The notes: a model not told the origin generated them from the sequence alone. A stretch of 32,264 bases of DNA from Candidatus Hydrogenedentota bacterium (GCA_029974275.1 JARKSN010000117.1:1-32264); one strand, 5' to 3'. Counted from the stretch's first letter, positions 16,023 through 27,287 are shown. Made by a program: numbers and translations.

Positions 16023-17141
16023 GTGACACGCATCTTTTTTTCAGCCGGCGAATCGTCGGGCGACATGCATGGCGCGAACCTGGTTCGTGCGTTGCGGGCG
16101 CTTGCGCCGGACGTGGCATGCGAGGGTCTGGGAGGCGAGCGCATGGCGGCGGCGGGCATGGCGTTGCGCTACGACCTTGCCGGGCGCGCGATCATGGGCT
16201 TTGTCGAGGTTGTGCGATCGTTGCGTTTCATTCGCAGGCTGTTTCACGAAACCGTCGCGCGGATCGAACGTAATCGACCGGACTGCCTCGTGCTGATCGA
16301 TTATCCGGGTTTCAACGTCGAACTCGCGAAGAGAGCGCACGCGCTCGGCATTCCGATAGTGTATTACATAAGCCCTCAAGTTTGGGCTTGGAAAAAGCGG
16401 CGCATCCACACGCTTGCGCGGCTGGCCGACAAGATGCTGGTCATCTTGCCGTTCGAAGAGGCGCTGTATCGCGATATTGGCGTCGACTGCACGTACGTCG
16501 GCCATCCGCTGCTCGATCAGATCGCCGCGACGCATATTGAAGGCATTTTCCGCGGCGACATTGTGATCGGCATCATGCCGGGCAGTCGCGAGCAGGAGAT
16601 TGCGCGTCTGCTCGCGCCGATGCTGGATGTAGCGAAAGGCATTCGCGAACGTTACCCGAACGCGCGCTTCATCACGCCCTGCGTCAATGCCGAGCGCGAG
16701 ACGCAAGTGCGTGCGTTGGCGAATGGGTTTCCATTGGAGACGGTCGTCGGCAAGAATTACGAGCTGCTCGCGGCGGCGCGGTTTTGTTTGGTGGCGTCGG
16801 GGACGGCTACGCTTGAGGCGGCGTTGTTTGGCGCGCCGATGGCCGTGATGTATCGCATCGCGCCGATGAGTTATTGGTTGGCGCGCCGATTGGTGAAGAT
16901 CGAGCACATCGCGCTCGTGAATATATTGGCCAAGCGCAGGGTCGTTCCGGAATTCATCCAACACGACGCGACAACGGAAAAGATACTCCCCGTAGCGCTC
17001 GATCTCATCGCCGATACGCCGACGCGCGCAACGATGCTCGACGGCCTCGCGGCGGTGCGCCGTCTCCTTGGCGGCCCCGGCGCATCGCAGCGCGCAGCGG
17101 AACAGGTATTGGCCGTCGCGCGAAGAGGGAAAGAGATTTAA
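16023..17141 (+). CDS. lpxB: Lipid-A-disaccharide synthase
   Basis: AGESSGDMHG, IDYPGFN, YYISPQVWAW, ILPFE, YVGHPL, PGSR..E and SGTATLE; GTG start at 16023. Confidence 0.95.
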   Translation: MTRIFFSAGESSGDMHGANLVRALRALAPDVACEGLGGERMAAAGMALRYDLAGRAIMGFVEVVRSLRFIRRLFHETVARIERNRPDCLVLIDYPGFNVELAKRAHALGIPIVYYISPQVWAWKKRRIHTLARLADKMLVILPFEEALYRDIGVDCTYVGHPLLDQIAATHIEGIFRGDIVIGIMPGSREQEIARLLAPMLDVAKGIRERYPNARFITPCVNAERETQVRALANGFPLETVVGKNYELLAAARFCLVASGTATLEAALFGAPMAVMYRIAPMSYWLARRLVKIEHIALVNILAKRRVVPEFIQHDATTEKILPVALDLIADTPTRATMLDGLAAVRRLLGGPGASQRAAEQVLAVARRGKEI

Positions 17142-17402
17142 CGCAGAGGCGCAGAGAACGCGAAGAAGAGAGAGAACCGCCCGGCACAGAGATTGGGCGC
17201 TACGAAAAGCCTTCGCGGCGTTTTGCGTTGTGTCTTGAGGCGGTCGTGGCGGTGGAAATTTGGAAAGGAATCACGGGCACGAAAAGACACAACATTCGGG
17301 GGAGGAAGTGGGGTCTGCGACCTCAGCGTTCTCCGCACCTCTGCGCTGGAATTCTTCCTTTGTGTTTCTCTGTGTCCTCTGTGCCTTTGTGGTGAATCGT
17401 AA
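17137..17402. repeat. Composite nested palindromic spacer between lpxB and polA
   Basis: ~17142-17165 pairs with ~17321-17345, and 17227-17236 pairs perfectly with 17284-17293. The 38-nt end motif is shared with 10139-10176. Contains a REP copy. Confidence 0.8.
17178..17203 (-). repeat. Degenerate GTAG-type REP copy
   Basis: Reverse complement GTAGCGCCCAATCTCTGTGCCGGGCG is 24/26 identical to 26940-26965. Confidence 0.8.
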
Positions 17403-17416
17403 AAAGGACCAACAAA

Positions 17417-20131
17417 ATGCCGGAACGCATTTTTCTGATCGACGGCACCGCGTTTGCCTATCGCTCGTTTTTCGCGATACGCGGACTCACGAACTCGAAG
17501 GGCATGCCGACGAATGCCGTGTTCGGCTTTGCAAGGGTGCTGACGAAGATTCTGCGCGAGCACGCGCCCAGCCATATCGCAGTCGTATTCGATGCGCCGG
17601 GCAAGACGTTTCGCGACGATCTCTACCCCGCGTACAAGGCGCAACGTCCGCCGACCCCAGAAGACCTCGTGGCGCAGTTGCCGCTCATTGACGAGTTGGT
17701 CGAGGCGTTGAACATCCCCGTCGTGCGCACGCCCGGCGTCGAGGCGGACGACGTCATCGGCACGTTGGCGCGGCGTGCGGAGGCCGCGGGCATGGACGTC
17801 ACGCTGGTCACCGGCGACAAGGATGCGCTGCAGCTCGTGACGGATAAGGTCAGCGTCTTCGATCCCTACAAGAACAACACCGGCCTCGTGTACGGGCCGG
17901 CGGAAGTGCTGGAACGCTTCGGCGTGCCGCCGGAGCACGTGGTCGATGTCATGGCGCTCATGGGCGACACGGCGGACAACGTGCCGGGCGTGAAGGGCAT
18001 TGGCGAGAAGACCGCGCGCACGTTGCTCGAATCGCGTTTGTCGCTGGAAAAACTCTACGCCGATATCGACGCCATCAGGGGCAAGACGCGCGAACGTCTT
18101 GAAAACGACAAGGACATGGCGTTTCTCAGCCGCGAATTGGTCACGATCAAGACCAACGTGCCGCTCGATATTTCGCCGGGCGATTGCGACCGGCGCGAAT
18201 TCGATCGCGACAAACTCATCGAACTCTTCGGCAGGCTCGAGTTTCAATCCTTGCTGGAAGAGTTGTTGCCGCCCGCCGAACAGGTCGACGCCGCCGATTA
18301 TCGTCTCGTGCTCACGGTCGAGGAATTGGACGCGGTCATTGCGAAAATCCGCGGCGTGGGCTCGTGCGCGGTGGACACCGAGACGACGAGCGTCGATCCC
18401 ATGCGCGCGGAACTGGTCGGCATTTCGTTGAGCTGCCAGGAGGAAGTGGCCTGGTATATCCCCGTGGGCCATGCGCCCGAAGCAATGACCTCGTCGGTTC
18501 CGGACGGCGAGTTGTTTGCCGTGGCCGACGTGACCTGCATCCCGAAGAAGATCGCGATCGATCGGTTGCGTCCGTTGTTCGCCGATCCCGCGATTGGAAA
18601 GGTGGGGCATAACATCAAGTATGATATGATTGTGCTGGAGCGGGCGGGCGCCCCCTTGGCGGGAATAGCCCTCGATACGATGGTTGCATCGTATTTGACA
18701 GACCCCTCCCGGATAAGGCATAATCTATCAGACGTTTGCCTCCACTACCTCAAGCGCAGGATGGTCCCGATTGAAGACGTGATCGGGAAGGGACCGAAAG
18801 CGATAACCTTTGATCGAGTTCCCCTTGCGAGCGCTTGCGCGTATGCAGCCGAGGACGCGGACATCGCGTGGCGGTTGGCGGGCGTGTTTCGTCCGATACT
18901 GCGCGAGAGAGGCCTGGAACGGCTCTACGAGGAAATCGAAGGCCCGTTGATCGCGGTGCTGGCCCGAATAGAACAGGCAGGCATAGCGTTAGACCTTAAG
19001 GTCTTCACGGAACTGCGACGGGAAATCGAGCAACGTCTGGCGAACCTTGAGGAAGAGATTCATACGGCGGCGGGGGGCGCGTTTCAAGTCAATTCGCCAA
19101 AGCAACTTCAGGAGGTCTTGTTTGGCCGGTTAGGCCTCAAGCCGCGGCGTCGTACGAAAACGGGTTTCTCGACCGATGTCGACGTGCTGGAAGAACTGGC
19201 CCAGGAGCATCCGCTGCCGGCAAAGGTTCTCGAATACCGAACCTTGGAAAAGCTGCGCGGGACCTATGTGGACGCCCTTCCGAGGTTGATCCACCCAGAC
19301 ACGGGGCGCATTCATACATCGTTCAATCAAGCGGTCGCGGCGACAGGGCGGCTTTCGAGCAGCGACCCCAATTTGCAGAACATTCCGATACGGACGGACA
19401 TCGGCCGGAGAATTCGGGAAGGATTCATCGCCGGAAAAGGCGATTGCCGACTGGTTTCCGCCGACTACTCACAAATTGAATTGCGGGTCATGGCGCATTT
19501 GTCGGGCGACGCGCATCTTCAAGAGGCGTTTCGCCGCGACGCCGACATCCATCGCGACACTGCGGCGCGCGTGTTTGGCGTGGCGCCGGAACAGGTGACG
19601 CCCGAAATGCGGCGGCAAGCCAAAGCCGTCAATTTCGGCGTCATTTACGGCATCAGCCCGTATGGCCTGGCCCGGAACCTGGGCATCTCCAATGCCGAGG
19701 CGGCGCGGTTCATCGACCAGTACTTCGCGCAATATCCGAAGGTGCGAACGTGGATCGACGCCACGCTCGAAAAGGCGAGGGAAACCGGATACGTCGCGAC
19801 GCTGCTGGGACGTCGGCGCTATATGCCCGAATTGAAGGCGTCGGACATGAACGTCCGGCGCGGCGCCGAACGGGCGGCGATCAACATGCCGGTACAGGGC
19901 ACGGCGGCGGACATCATCAAGACGGCGATGGTCCGACTCGACGCGGCGTTGCGAGACGCTGCCGCGCGAATGCTCCTCCAAGTGCATGACGAGTTGCTCG
20001 TGGAAGCGCCCGCGAGCGAGGCCGATCGCGTTGCTGCGACGATGCGGGAAATCATGGAAAACGCCATGGCATTGGATGTCCCGCTCAAGGTGGATGTAGG
20101 CATCGGCAGGAATTGGGCGGAGATTCATTGA
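17417..20131 (+). CDS. polA: DNA polymerase I
   Basis: 5' nuclease (LIDG, EADD, GDKD, GDTADN), 3'-5' exonuclease (DTET, GHNIKYD, YAAED) and polymerase ([39 protein letters not shown]). Confidence 0.98.
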   Translation: MPERIFLIDGTAFAYRSFFAIRGLTNSKGMPTNAVFGFARVLTKILREHAPSHIAVVFDAPGKTFRDDLYPAYKAQRPPTPEDLVAQLPLIDELVEALNIPVVRTPGVEADDVIGTLARRAEAAGMDVTLVTGDKDALQLVTDKVSVFDPYKNNTGLVYGPAEVLERFGVPPEHVVDVMALMGDTADNVPGVKGIGEKTARTLLESRLSLEKLYADIDAIRGKTRERLENDKDMAFLSRELVTIKTNVPLDISPGDCDRREFDRDKLIELFGRLEFQSLLEELLPPAEQVDAADYRLVLTVEELDAVIAKIRGVGSCAVDTETTSVDPMRAELVGISLSCQEEVAWYIPVGHAPEAMTSSVPDGELFAVADVTCIPKKIAIDRLRPLFADPAIGKVGHNIKYDMIVLERAGAPLAGIALDTMVASYLTDPSRIRHNLSDVCLHYLKRRMVPIEDVIGKGPKAITFDRVPLASACAYAAEDADIAWRLAGVFRPILRERGLERLYEEIEGPLIAVLARIEQAGIALDLKVFTELRREIEQRLANLEEEIHTAAGGAFQVNSPKQLQEVLFGRLGLKPRRRTKTGFSTDVDVLEELAQEHPLPAKVLEYRTLEKLRGTYVDALPRLIHPDTGRIHTSFNQAVAATGRLSSSDPNLQNIPIRTDIGRRIREGFIAGKGDCRLVSADYSQIELRVMAHLSGDAHLQEAFRRDADIHRDTAARVFGVAPEQVTPEMRRQAKAVNFGVIYGISPYGLARNLGISNAEAARFIDQYFAQYPKVRTWIDATLEKARETGYVATLLGRRRYMPELKASDMNVRRGAERAAINMPVQGTAADIIKTAMVRLDAALRDAAARMLLQVHDELLVEAPASEADRVAATMREIMENAMALDVPLKVDVGIGRNWAEIH

Positions 20132-20222
20132 GCGATCTCAATGGCCGCCGGACGGAAAAACGACCCGAACAACAGGCGAACCCATACCATTGCATCAGCC
20201 AAGGAGACCGAGAGGATCCCAC

Positions 20223-21740
<1,518 letters not shown>

Positions 21741-21767
21741 GGGTCAATCGGTACGATTGCGCCGTCA

Positions 21768-21798
21768 GGCGGCCGTCTTTTTAGGACGGCCGCTTTTG
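21768..21798 (+). terminator. Intrinsic terminator after rho
   Basis: GCGGCCGTC/GACGGCCGC stem (21769-21777 and 21785-21793) followed by TTTT. Confidence 0.75.
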
Positions 21799-21820
21799 CT
21801 TTGCGGAAAACAGCAATGCC

Positions 21821-21849
21821 TTGAACCCGGCTGCGTCATTTTCTACAAT
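21821..21849 (+). promoter_or_regulatory. sigma70 promoter for the ABC transporter operon
   Basis: TTGAAC, 17 nt, TACAAT. Confidence 0.6.
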
Positions 21850-21916
21850 TTTGACCTGCGCGACATGCGCCATGCAGGCCGCCGCGCACGCCGACGGATA
21901 ACGATGCAGGGGGAAT

Positions 21917-24430
21917 GTGCGCGTACAATCGGACATCGCGTTGACGGGCGTTCGTCCGGTTTTGGAACTGGCGGACGTCCACAAGCAGTTTGGGGGCGTA
22001 CCGGCGTTGCGCGGGGCCAGGCTCGATGTGTCGCCCGGCGAGATTCATGCGCTGGTCGGCGAGAATGGCGACGGCAAGAGCACCCTCATCAACATCGCGA
22101 CGGGCCTGTTTCGGCCCGACTCGGGGCGCATCGTTCTGGGCGGCCGCGAGATTTCCTTGACGGGACCGCGTCACGCCGCCGGACTTGGCATCGCAGTAGT
22201 CCATCAAGAATCCGACCTTTTCCCTCAGCTTAGCATTGCCGAGAACATGTTGCTCGCGCGCGGCCTTGTGCGCGGCCCGATGGGGCTGATCAATTGGCCG
22301 GCGACGACGCGCGAGGCCGAGCAACTCGTCGCCAACATGGGCGAGGAATTCGATGTGCGCGGGTTGGCGGGCGGGCTGTCCGTTGCGCGACGCATGATGG
22401 CGGAGATCTCCGCCGCCGTGTCGGAGCAGGCGCAGGTCCTGTTTCTCGACGAGCCCACAGCGTCGCTTACCCTGAAAGAGATCGACCATTTGTTTGCGCA
22501 AATACGGCGTCTGCGCGACGCAGGCGTGGGGATTGTATACGTCAGCCATCGCCTGGAAGAGATTCTGGAACTGTGCGATCGCGTCACGGTGATGCGCGAT
22601 GGCGAGACCGTCGAGACGTTGCCGGTGGCGGGGTTGTCGATGGAGCGCATCGTATCGTCGATGGTCGGGCGCGAACTGAACCAGATGTTCGCGAAACGGG
22701 CTGTGCCGGTCGGGGCCACGCGGTTCGAGGTCCAGGGCGTCACCGACGCGGGCGGGCGGTTTTCGGATATCTCGTTCGACGTCCGCGCGGGCGAGATCCT
22801 GGGAATGTATGGGTTCGTCGGCGCGGGACGCAGCGAATTCGCGCAGGCGATCTTTGGGTTGACGAAACCCGCATCAGGCACGGTGCGGCTCGATGGCAAG
22901 GCCTTGCGCATTCGGTCGCCGCGCGACGCGGTGCGGGCGGGGATCGCCTATTTGCCCGAGGACCGTTTGGTGCAAGGTATTTTTCGCACGCACTCGCTAC
23001 AGACCAACGCAAGCGTCGCGGTGTTGCGTAGGCTGTCGCGGTTCGGCTGGATCCGTTCGGATAGCGAACAAGACCTCGCGCGACGTGTTGTCGCCGATAT
23101 GCACGTGCGCGCTTCCGGCACAGACCAAGCGATCGGGACCCTGAGTGGCGGCAACCAACAGAAAGTCGTCTTTGGGCGTTGGCAGGCCACGCAACCCAAG
23201 GTGTTGTTCCTCGATGAACCCACGCGCGGCGTGGACGTCGGCGCGAAGGCCGACATCCACAAATTAGTCTGCGATATGGCCGAGAAGGGCGCGGCGGTCG
23301 TCATGATCAGTTCGGAACTGCCCGAGATCATGGCAATGAGCGACCGCGTGATTACGTTGTCCGCGGGCCGCGTCACGGGGATATTCGACCCGAAGCGCGA
23401 TTCACAAGAGGACATTGCCCGGGCGGCAGTTCCGCGCACAACGGGCGAAGCGAACCGCGAAACCAAGCAAACCGGCGGCATATTTGACAAGGTGTTGCGT
23501 TTCCGCGAGGTCGGCCTGTTGGCTTTTGTGGCGATTCTCTGGGGCATCATGGCAGTGCTCAAACCCGCTGAGTTCGCGACGCAAGCGAACTTTTTCGGCG
23601 TTCTCACGAACGCCTCGTTGCCGGCGATCATGGCGATGGGCGCAATGCTGATCATCTGCGCGGGCGGAATCGATATTTCCGTGGGCGCGATGATGGGGCT
23701 GGTCGGCGCGGCGGCGGCAATGGCCGCGAAGGGAGGCGCCCCGCCATTGGCCTGCTTGGGGCTGGCCCTGGCGATGGGGGCGGGATGTAGTCTGTTGAAT
23801 GCGGGCACGTCGCTGCTCGCGCGGATACATCCGATTATCGTGACCCTTGCGGGCATCAGCATCTATCGTGGCCTGATGCGTATCCTGACCAGCGGCAAGG
23901 AAGTGCTGCAACTCCCGGACGCATACCGCGCGCTCGCTAATGGCGAGATATTTGGCATCCCGAAGATCTGCTACTACGTAATTATTGTAACGCTTCTGGT
24001 GCATGTCTTGCTGCGGTACACCTTGCCCGGCCGGCGCGTTCTTGCGCTCGGCGACTCGGAAAGCGCGGCGCGCTTGATTGGATTATCCAAGGCGCGTGTG
24101 ACGAGTCTCGTCTTCCTTGTGTCGGGCCTGTTGGTTGGGCTGACCAGCGTACTTCACGCGGGCTACTACGCAGGCGTTCAATCAAATGCGGGAGAAGGAA
24201 TGGAACTGAAGGCGATTGCCGCGGCTGTCATCGGAGGTACCAATATTTTGGGCGGGCGCGGGTCTGCCTTGGGCACGTTGCTGGGCGCGTTTCTCGTCGC
24301 TTTGTTGTACAACATCCTTATTCTACTCGAAATCAGTGCGTACTGGCAGAATTTGTTTGTGGGGGCGCTAATCCTGCTGGCGGTTGTCCTTGACGTGCTG
24401 CTCCAGCGTTTGCGGAGGGCCGGAGCATAA
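21917..24430 (+). CDS. CUT2 monosaccharide ABC transporter: tandem ATPase fused to a permease
   Basis: GENGDGKST, LDEPT, VSHRL, PEDR, LSGGNQQKV and DEPTRGVDVGAK, then permease motifs GIDISVG and ELKAIAAAVIGG...GGRG in one frame; start codon uncertain. Confidence 0.9.
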   Translation: MRVQSDIALTGVRPVLELADVHKQFGGVPALRGARLDVSPGEIHALVGENGDGKSTLINIATGLFRPDSGRIVLGGREISLTGPRHAAGLGIAVVHQESDLFPQLSIAENMLLARGLVRGPMGLINWPATTREAEQLVANMGEEFDVRGLAGGLSVARRMMAEISAAVSEQAQVLFLDEPTASLTLKEIDHLFAQIRRLRDAGVGIVYVSHRLEEILELCDRVTVMRDGETVETLPVAGLSMERIVSSMVGRELNQMFAKRAVPVGATRFEVQGVTDAGGRFSDISFDVRAGEILGMYGFVGAGRSEFAQAIFGLTKPASGTVRLDGKALRIRSPRDAVRAGIAYLPEDRLVQGIFRTHSLQTNASVAVLRRLSRFGWIRSDSEQDLARRVVADMHVRASGTDQAIGTLSGGNQQKVVFGRWQATQPKVLFLDEPTRGVDVGAKADIHKLVCDMAEKGAAVVMISSELPEIMAMSDRVITLSAGRVTGIFDPKRDSQEDIARAAVPRTTGEANRETKQTGGIFDKVLRFREVGLLAFVAILWGIMAVLKPAEFATQANFFGVLTNASLPAIMAMGAMLIICAGGIDISVGAMMGLVGAAAAMAAKGGAPPLACLGLALAMGAGCSLLNAGTSLLARIHPIIVTLAGISIYRGLMRILTSGKEVLQLPDAYRALANGEIFGIPKICYYVIIVTLLVHVLLRYTLPGRRVLALGDSESAARLIGLSKARVTSLVFLVSGLLVGLTSVLHAGYYAGVQSNAGEGMELKAIAAAVIGGTNILGGRGSALGTLLGAFLVALLYNILILLEISAYWQNLFVGALILLAVVLDVLLQRLRRAGA

Positions 24431-25416
24431 TGAAGTCCACTGTCCAACGGTTCTTCCTGGCGCGCGAAGGGATTCTCTTTCTTGCGTTGCTGTTTATGGT
24501 TATCGTGTTTTCGGTAACGGTCGACGGTTTTCTCGATGCGGCAAGCATTTTGCGCCGGTCTCGCTATTGGGTGGCGATGGGTATGGTCGCGGTGCCGATG
24601 ACCTTCATCATCGCGACTGCGGGCATCGACCTTTCGGTCGGCTCGATCGTGGCATTGTCCGGTATGGCACTGGGTTTGCTCTACGGCGATGCTGGTTGGC
24701 CTATCGCGGTGGCGGCGGTGGCGGCGGTGGGTGTCGGAACGCTGGCGGGCGCATTCAACGGCGGCGTGAGCAGTTACCTGCGGGTGCCTCCGCTCGTGGT
24801 GACGTTGGCGACGATGGCCTTGTTTCGCGGGATCGCGATGGGCCTGAGTCAGGCGCGGTCGATTGGCGGGTTCCCGGATGGATTTCGCTATCTAGACCGA
24901 GGCAACGCGCTGGACCTGTTTGGCGCAGGGCAATACTTCGAGTTGCCCGTCTCGTTGGTGGCGATGCTGTTTGTCTTTGTGTTCGGGGCGCTGCTGCTGC
25001 GGCGCACGTGGATAGGGCGTTTCACCCAGTGTCTAGGCGAGAACGAAACCGCGGCATCTTTCGCGGCAATCGACGTGCGCAAGATGAAATGGGCGCTTTA
25101 TACCGCGATGGGGACGGTGTGCGGCGTCGCGGCCTTGTTTCACACAGCGCTCTATGGCACGGCGAAAGCGGACACAGCGGCGGGCATGGAGCTTGAGGCG
25201 ATCGCGTGCGTGGTGGTCGGCGGAACGCGGATCAGCGGCGGCCATGCATCCGTGCTCGGCACGTTGCTCGGGCTTTTGATCATCGGTATGCTGAGATACG
25301 GCCTCGAAATGGCCGGTGTGCGTTCGCAGAATGTGATCATTTTCGTCGGGATGTTGTTGATTGCGACGGCGGTTTTTAACGAAGCGATGGCCGCCAAAAC
25401 GGGAGGAAGCAAATGA
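24430..25416 (+). CDS. CUT2 sugar ABC transporter permease
   Basis: GIDLSVG, PPLVVTLA and ELEAIACVVVGG; TAATG overlap. Confidence 0.92.
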   Translation: MKSTVQRFFLAREGILFLALLFMVIVFSVTVDGFLDAASILRRSRYWVAMGMVAVPMTFIIATAGIDLSVGSIVALSGMALGLLYGDAGWPIAVAAVAAVGVGTLAGAFNGGVSSYLRVPPLVVTLATMALFRGIAMGLSQARSIGGFPDGFRYLDRGNALDLFGAGQYFELPVSLVAMLFVFVFGALLLRRTWIGRFTQCLGENETAASFAAIDVRKMKWALYTAMGTVCGVAALFHTALYGTAKADTAAGMELEAIACVVVGGTRISGGHASVLGTLLGLLIIGMLRYGLEMAGVRSQNVIIFVGMLLIATAVFNEAMAAKTGGSK

Positions 25417-26477
25417 GACATGCAATCGTTACGCTGATGTTGTTCGCGCTGGCGGCGGGATGCAGCCCGGCTCCGACGCTAGCCCCTGTCCCGCCCGCAA
25501 GTCCCGAAGCGCCTAAAGCCCCTGAGGCGGCGCCGCCAGGGCCGCAAACATCCGTGAAACCGTTGACCATCGGCGTGATGCCGAAGTTGGTGGGGATCGA
25601 CTTCTTCAATGCGACGGAGAAGGGCGCTCGGGAAGCGGCGAAGGAACTCGGCGTGACCATCGACTACGACGGTCCTACGACGAATGACGTCAATGTCCAA
25701 AGCCAAATGGTCGAGACGTGGATCGCGAAGAAGTACGACGCGATTGCCATCGCGCCGAATGACCCGGAAACGATCAGCACGGTGTTGAGCGACGCCCGCG
25801 CCAAGGGTATCAAGGTCGTGTCGTGGGACGCGGACTCCCGCAAAGACGCCCGCGATTTCTTCGTGAACCAGTGCACGCCGCAGAGCGTGGCGAAGGCCTT
25901 GATGGACGTCGCCGCGGAAGGCGCCAGCAAAGACGCGAAGTACGTCATCCTGACCGGTTCGTTGACCGCCGCCAACCAGAACATCTGGATGGGCGAGATG
26001 GAAAAATACCGCCAAGCCGTGTATCCCGGCATGACAAACCTGTCGCCCACGCCGAAGGCTTCGGAAGAAGACAAGGCCTTGGCGATGCAGGTTGCGGCGG
26101 ACTGCCTCAAGACCTACCCCGACATGCAGGCGCTCTTTGCCATCACCTCCGTAGCGCTTCCGGGTGCGGCGGAAGCCTTCCGCAACTCCGGGCCGGACGT
26201 ATACAACAAGGTCACGTTGACCGGCCTCTCGACGCCGAACATGATGCGTGAATACGTCAAACAAGGCGTCGTGAAGAAGTTCGTGCTGTGGAGTGCGGTC
26301 GACCTCGGCTACCTCGCCGTCCAAGCCGCCGTCGCCAGCGCCCGCGGCGAACTCACCCCGACCAGCACCACCCTCAAAGCCGGACGCCTCGGCGACATCA
26401 CCGTCAAAGACGGCGAAATCGTCCTCGGCGATCCCATCATCTTCGACGCGAATAACATCGATCAACACAATTTCTAG
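25413..26477 (+). CDS. Sugar ABC substrate-binding lipoprotein (RhaS/LsrB-like)
   Basis: Lipobox LAAGC, Pro/Ala linker, MPKLVGIDFF, YDGP, SWDAD, NQNIW and LW...DLGY; ATGA overlap. Confidence 0.88.
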   Translation: MRHAIVTLMLFALAAGCSPAPTLAPVPPASPEAPKAPEAAPPGPQTSVKPLTIGVMPKLVGIDFFNATEKGAREAAKELGVTIDYDGPTTNDVNVQSQMVETWIAKKYDAIAIAPNDPETISTVLSDARAKGIKVVSWDADSRKDARDFFVNQCTPQSVAKALMDVAAEGASKDAKYVILTGSLTAANQNIWMGEMEKYRQAVYPGMTNLSPTPKASEEDKALAMQVAADCLKTYPDMQALFAITSVALPGAAEAFRNSGPDVYNKVTLTGLSTPNMMREYVKQGVVKKFVLWSAVDLGYLAVQAAVASARGELTPTSTTLKAGRLGDITVKDGEIVLGDPIIFDANNIDQHNF

Positions 26478-26485
26478 AAGAAATC

Positions 26486-26517
26486 GGGGGAAACCTTTTT
26501 CCAAAAAGGTTTCCCCC
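26486..26517. repeat. Family X hairpin; may also terminate the convergent genes
   Basis: Perfect 15-bp inverted repeat GGGGGAAACCTTTTT-CC-AAAAAGGTTTCCCCC. Confidence 0.8.
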
Positions 26518-26534
26518 AGATTTTTCTGCAGATG

Positions 26535-26798
26535 TTACTCGTTTGTGACTTGGTTGATGTACTTGTGTAAAACGCTCGAGATGAGTGTTTGGTACGGCAA
26601 TCCTTCTTCAAGGGCCTTCTTCTGAAAACGAACAAGGTCGCGCTCGGTCATGCGGATATTAACGCGTTTGTCTTTGCGTAACATTGCGCGGGCGGCGTTT
26701 TCGTAGCGGCGCTTCTCCTTGGCAAGACCGTGCACCGACCGCCATTCATCGCGCTCGACCGAATTCAGGATGTTCTGTTCTTCTTCAGTCAGTTTCAT
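26535..26798 (-). CDS. Orphan BrnA/CopG-like ribbon-helix-helix antitoxin
   Basis: KDKRVNIRM...KALEEGLPYQTLISSVLHKY; lower GC than neighbours; no toxin gene adjacent. Confidence 0.8.
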   Translation of the reverse strand: MKLTEEEQNILNSVERDEWRSVHGLAKEKRRYENAARAMLRKDKRVNIRMTERDLVRFQKKALEEGLPYQTLISSVLHKYINQVTNE

Positions 26799-26804
26799 GA
26801 GTCA

Positions 26805-26833
26805 AGCATAGCAGCGTGTGTGCATTTTGGCAA
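26805..26833 (-). promoter_or_regulatory. sigma70 promoter predicting a leaderless antitoxin mRNA
   Basis: TTGCCA, 17 nt, TATGCT preceded by TGn; only 6 nt to the ATG and no SD. Confidence 0.65.
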
Positions 26834-26937
26834 CGGATTGACCGACGAGGGCTTATCGCATCGGGATTTCGATTCATTCGAACTCTCGTGCCCTCTTTTC
26901 CATACAGGCTCCAGTGCTTTTTTTATCCGCGTTGTCT

Positions 26938-27107
26938 TTGTAGCGCCCGGTCTCTGTGCCGGGCGTGTCTGAGCACAGTAGCCAATATTTATGAGCTAGG
27001 CAGGTTTGGGGGGGCAGGACATTTTGGGCTACTCTGATCCGGGACGATACAGGTAACCCTCATCGTTCGCCCCAAGGCGCGCCCGGCACAGAGACCGGGC
27101 GCTACAA
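26938..27107. repeat. Inverted doublet of GTAG-type REPs (REPIN-like)
   Basis: TTGTAGCGCCCGGTCTCTGTGCCGGGCG at 26938-26965 and its perfect reverse complement at 27080-27107, with a 114-bp spacer. Confidence 0.85.
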
Positions 27108-27213
27108 GGAAATCAACGGCACCTATTCTCATGTGTATCTCATGCGCAATTTTGCTTGGTCTTTTTTGGGGGGTGCGACAGCCCTGACTAACCTTCCAAG
27201 CGCGGAGCGCCCT

Positions 27214-27271
27214 CAAAAGTTCTTGGGAAGGGGTCTTGGGGAAACCCTTCTTACAAGAAGGGTTTCCCCAG
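27214..27271 (+). repeat. Palindromic repeat family X
   Basis: Same 19-nt leader as 15264, plus a perfect 16-bp stem at 27237-27252 and 27255-27270. Confidence 0.85.
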
Positions 27272-27287
27272 TCTTTAATCTTCTCTC

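Noticed and set aside
17136..17350. Integron attC site (ATTTAAC overlaps the lpxB stop; GTTAAAT occurs at 10273-10279)
   Set aside because: There is no matching GTTRRRY at the paired arm here, no clear L boxes and no integrase, and the flanking genes are core genes.
18991..19004. Perfect 14-bp palindrome AGACCTTAAGGTCT in polA
   Set aside because: It is a single copy, and one such palindrome is expected by chance in 32 kb.
25413..26477. Canonical AI-2 receptor LsrB
   Set aside because: It has NQN where LsrB has DQN, lacks the PDA motif, and no lsrK/F/G/R are nearby; the ligand is left unassigned.
26834..27213. BrnT-like toxin or remnant upstream of the antitoxin
   Set aside because: The short ORFs here show no toxin motifs and are largely REP sequence.
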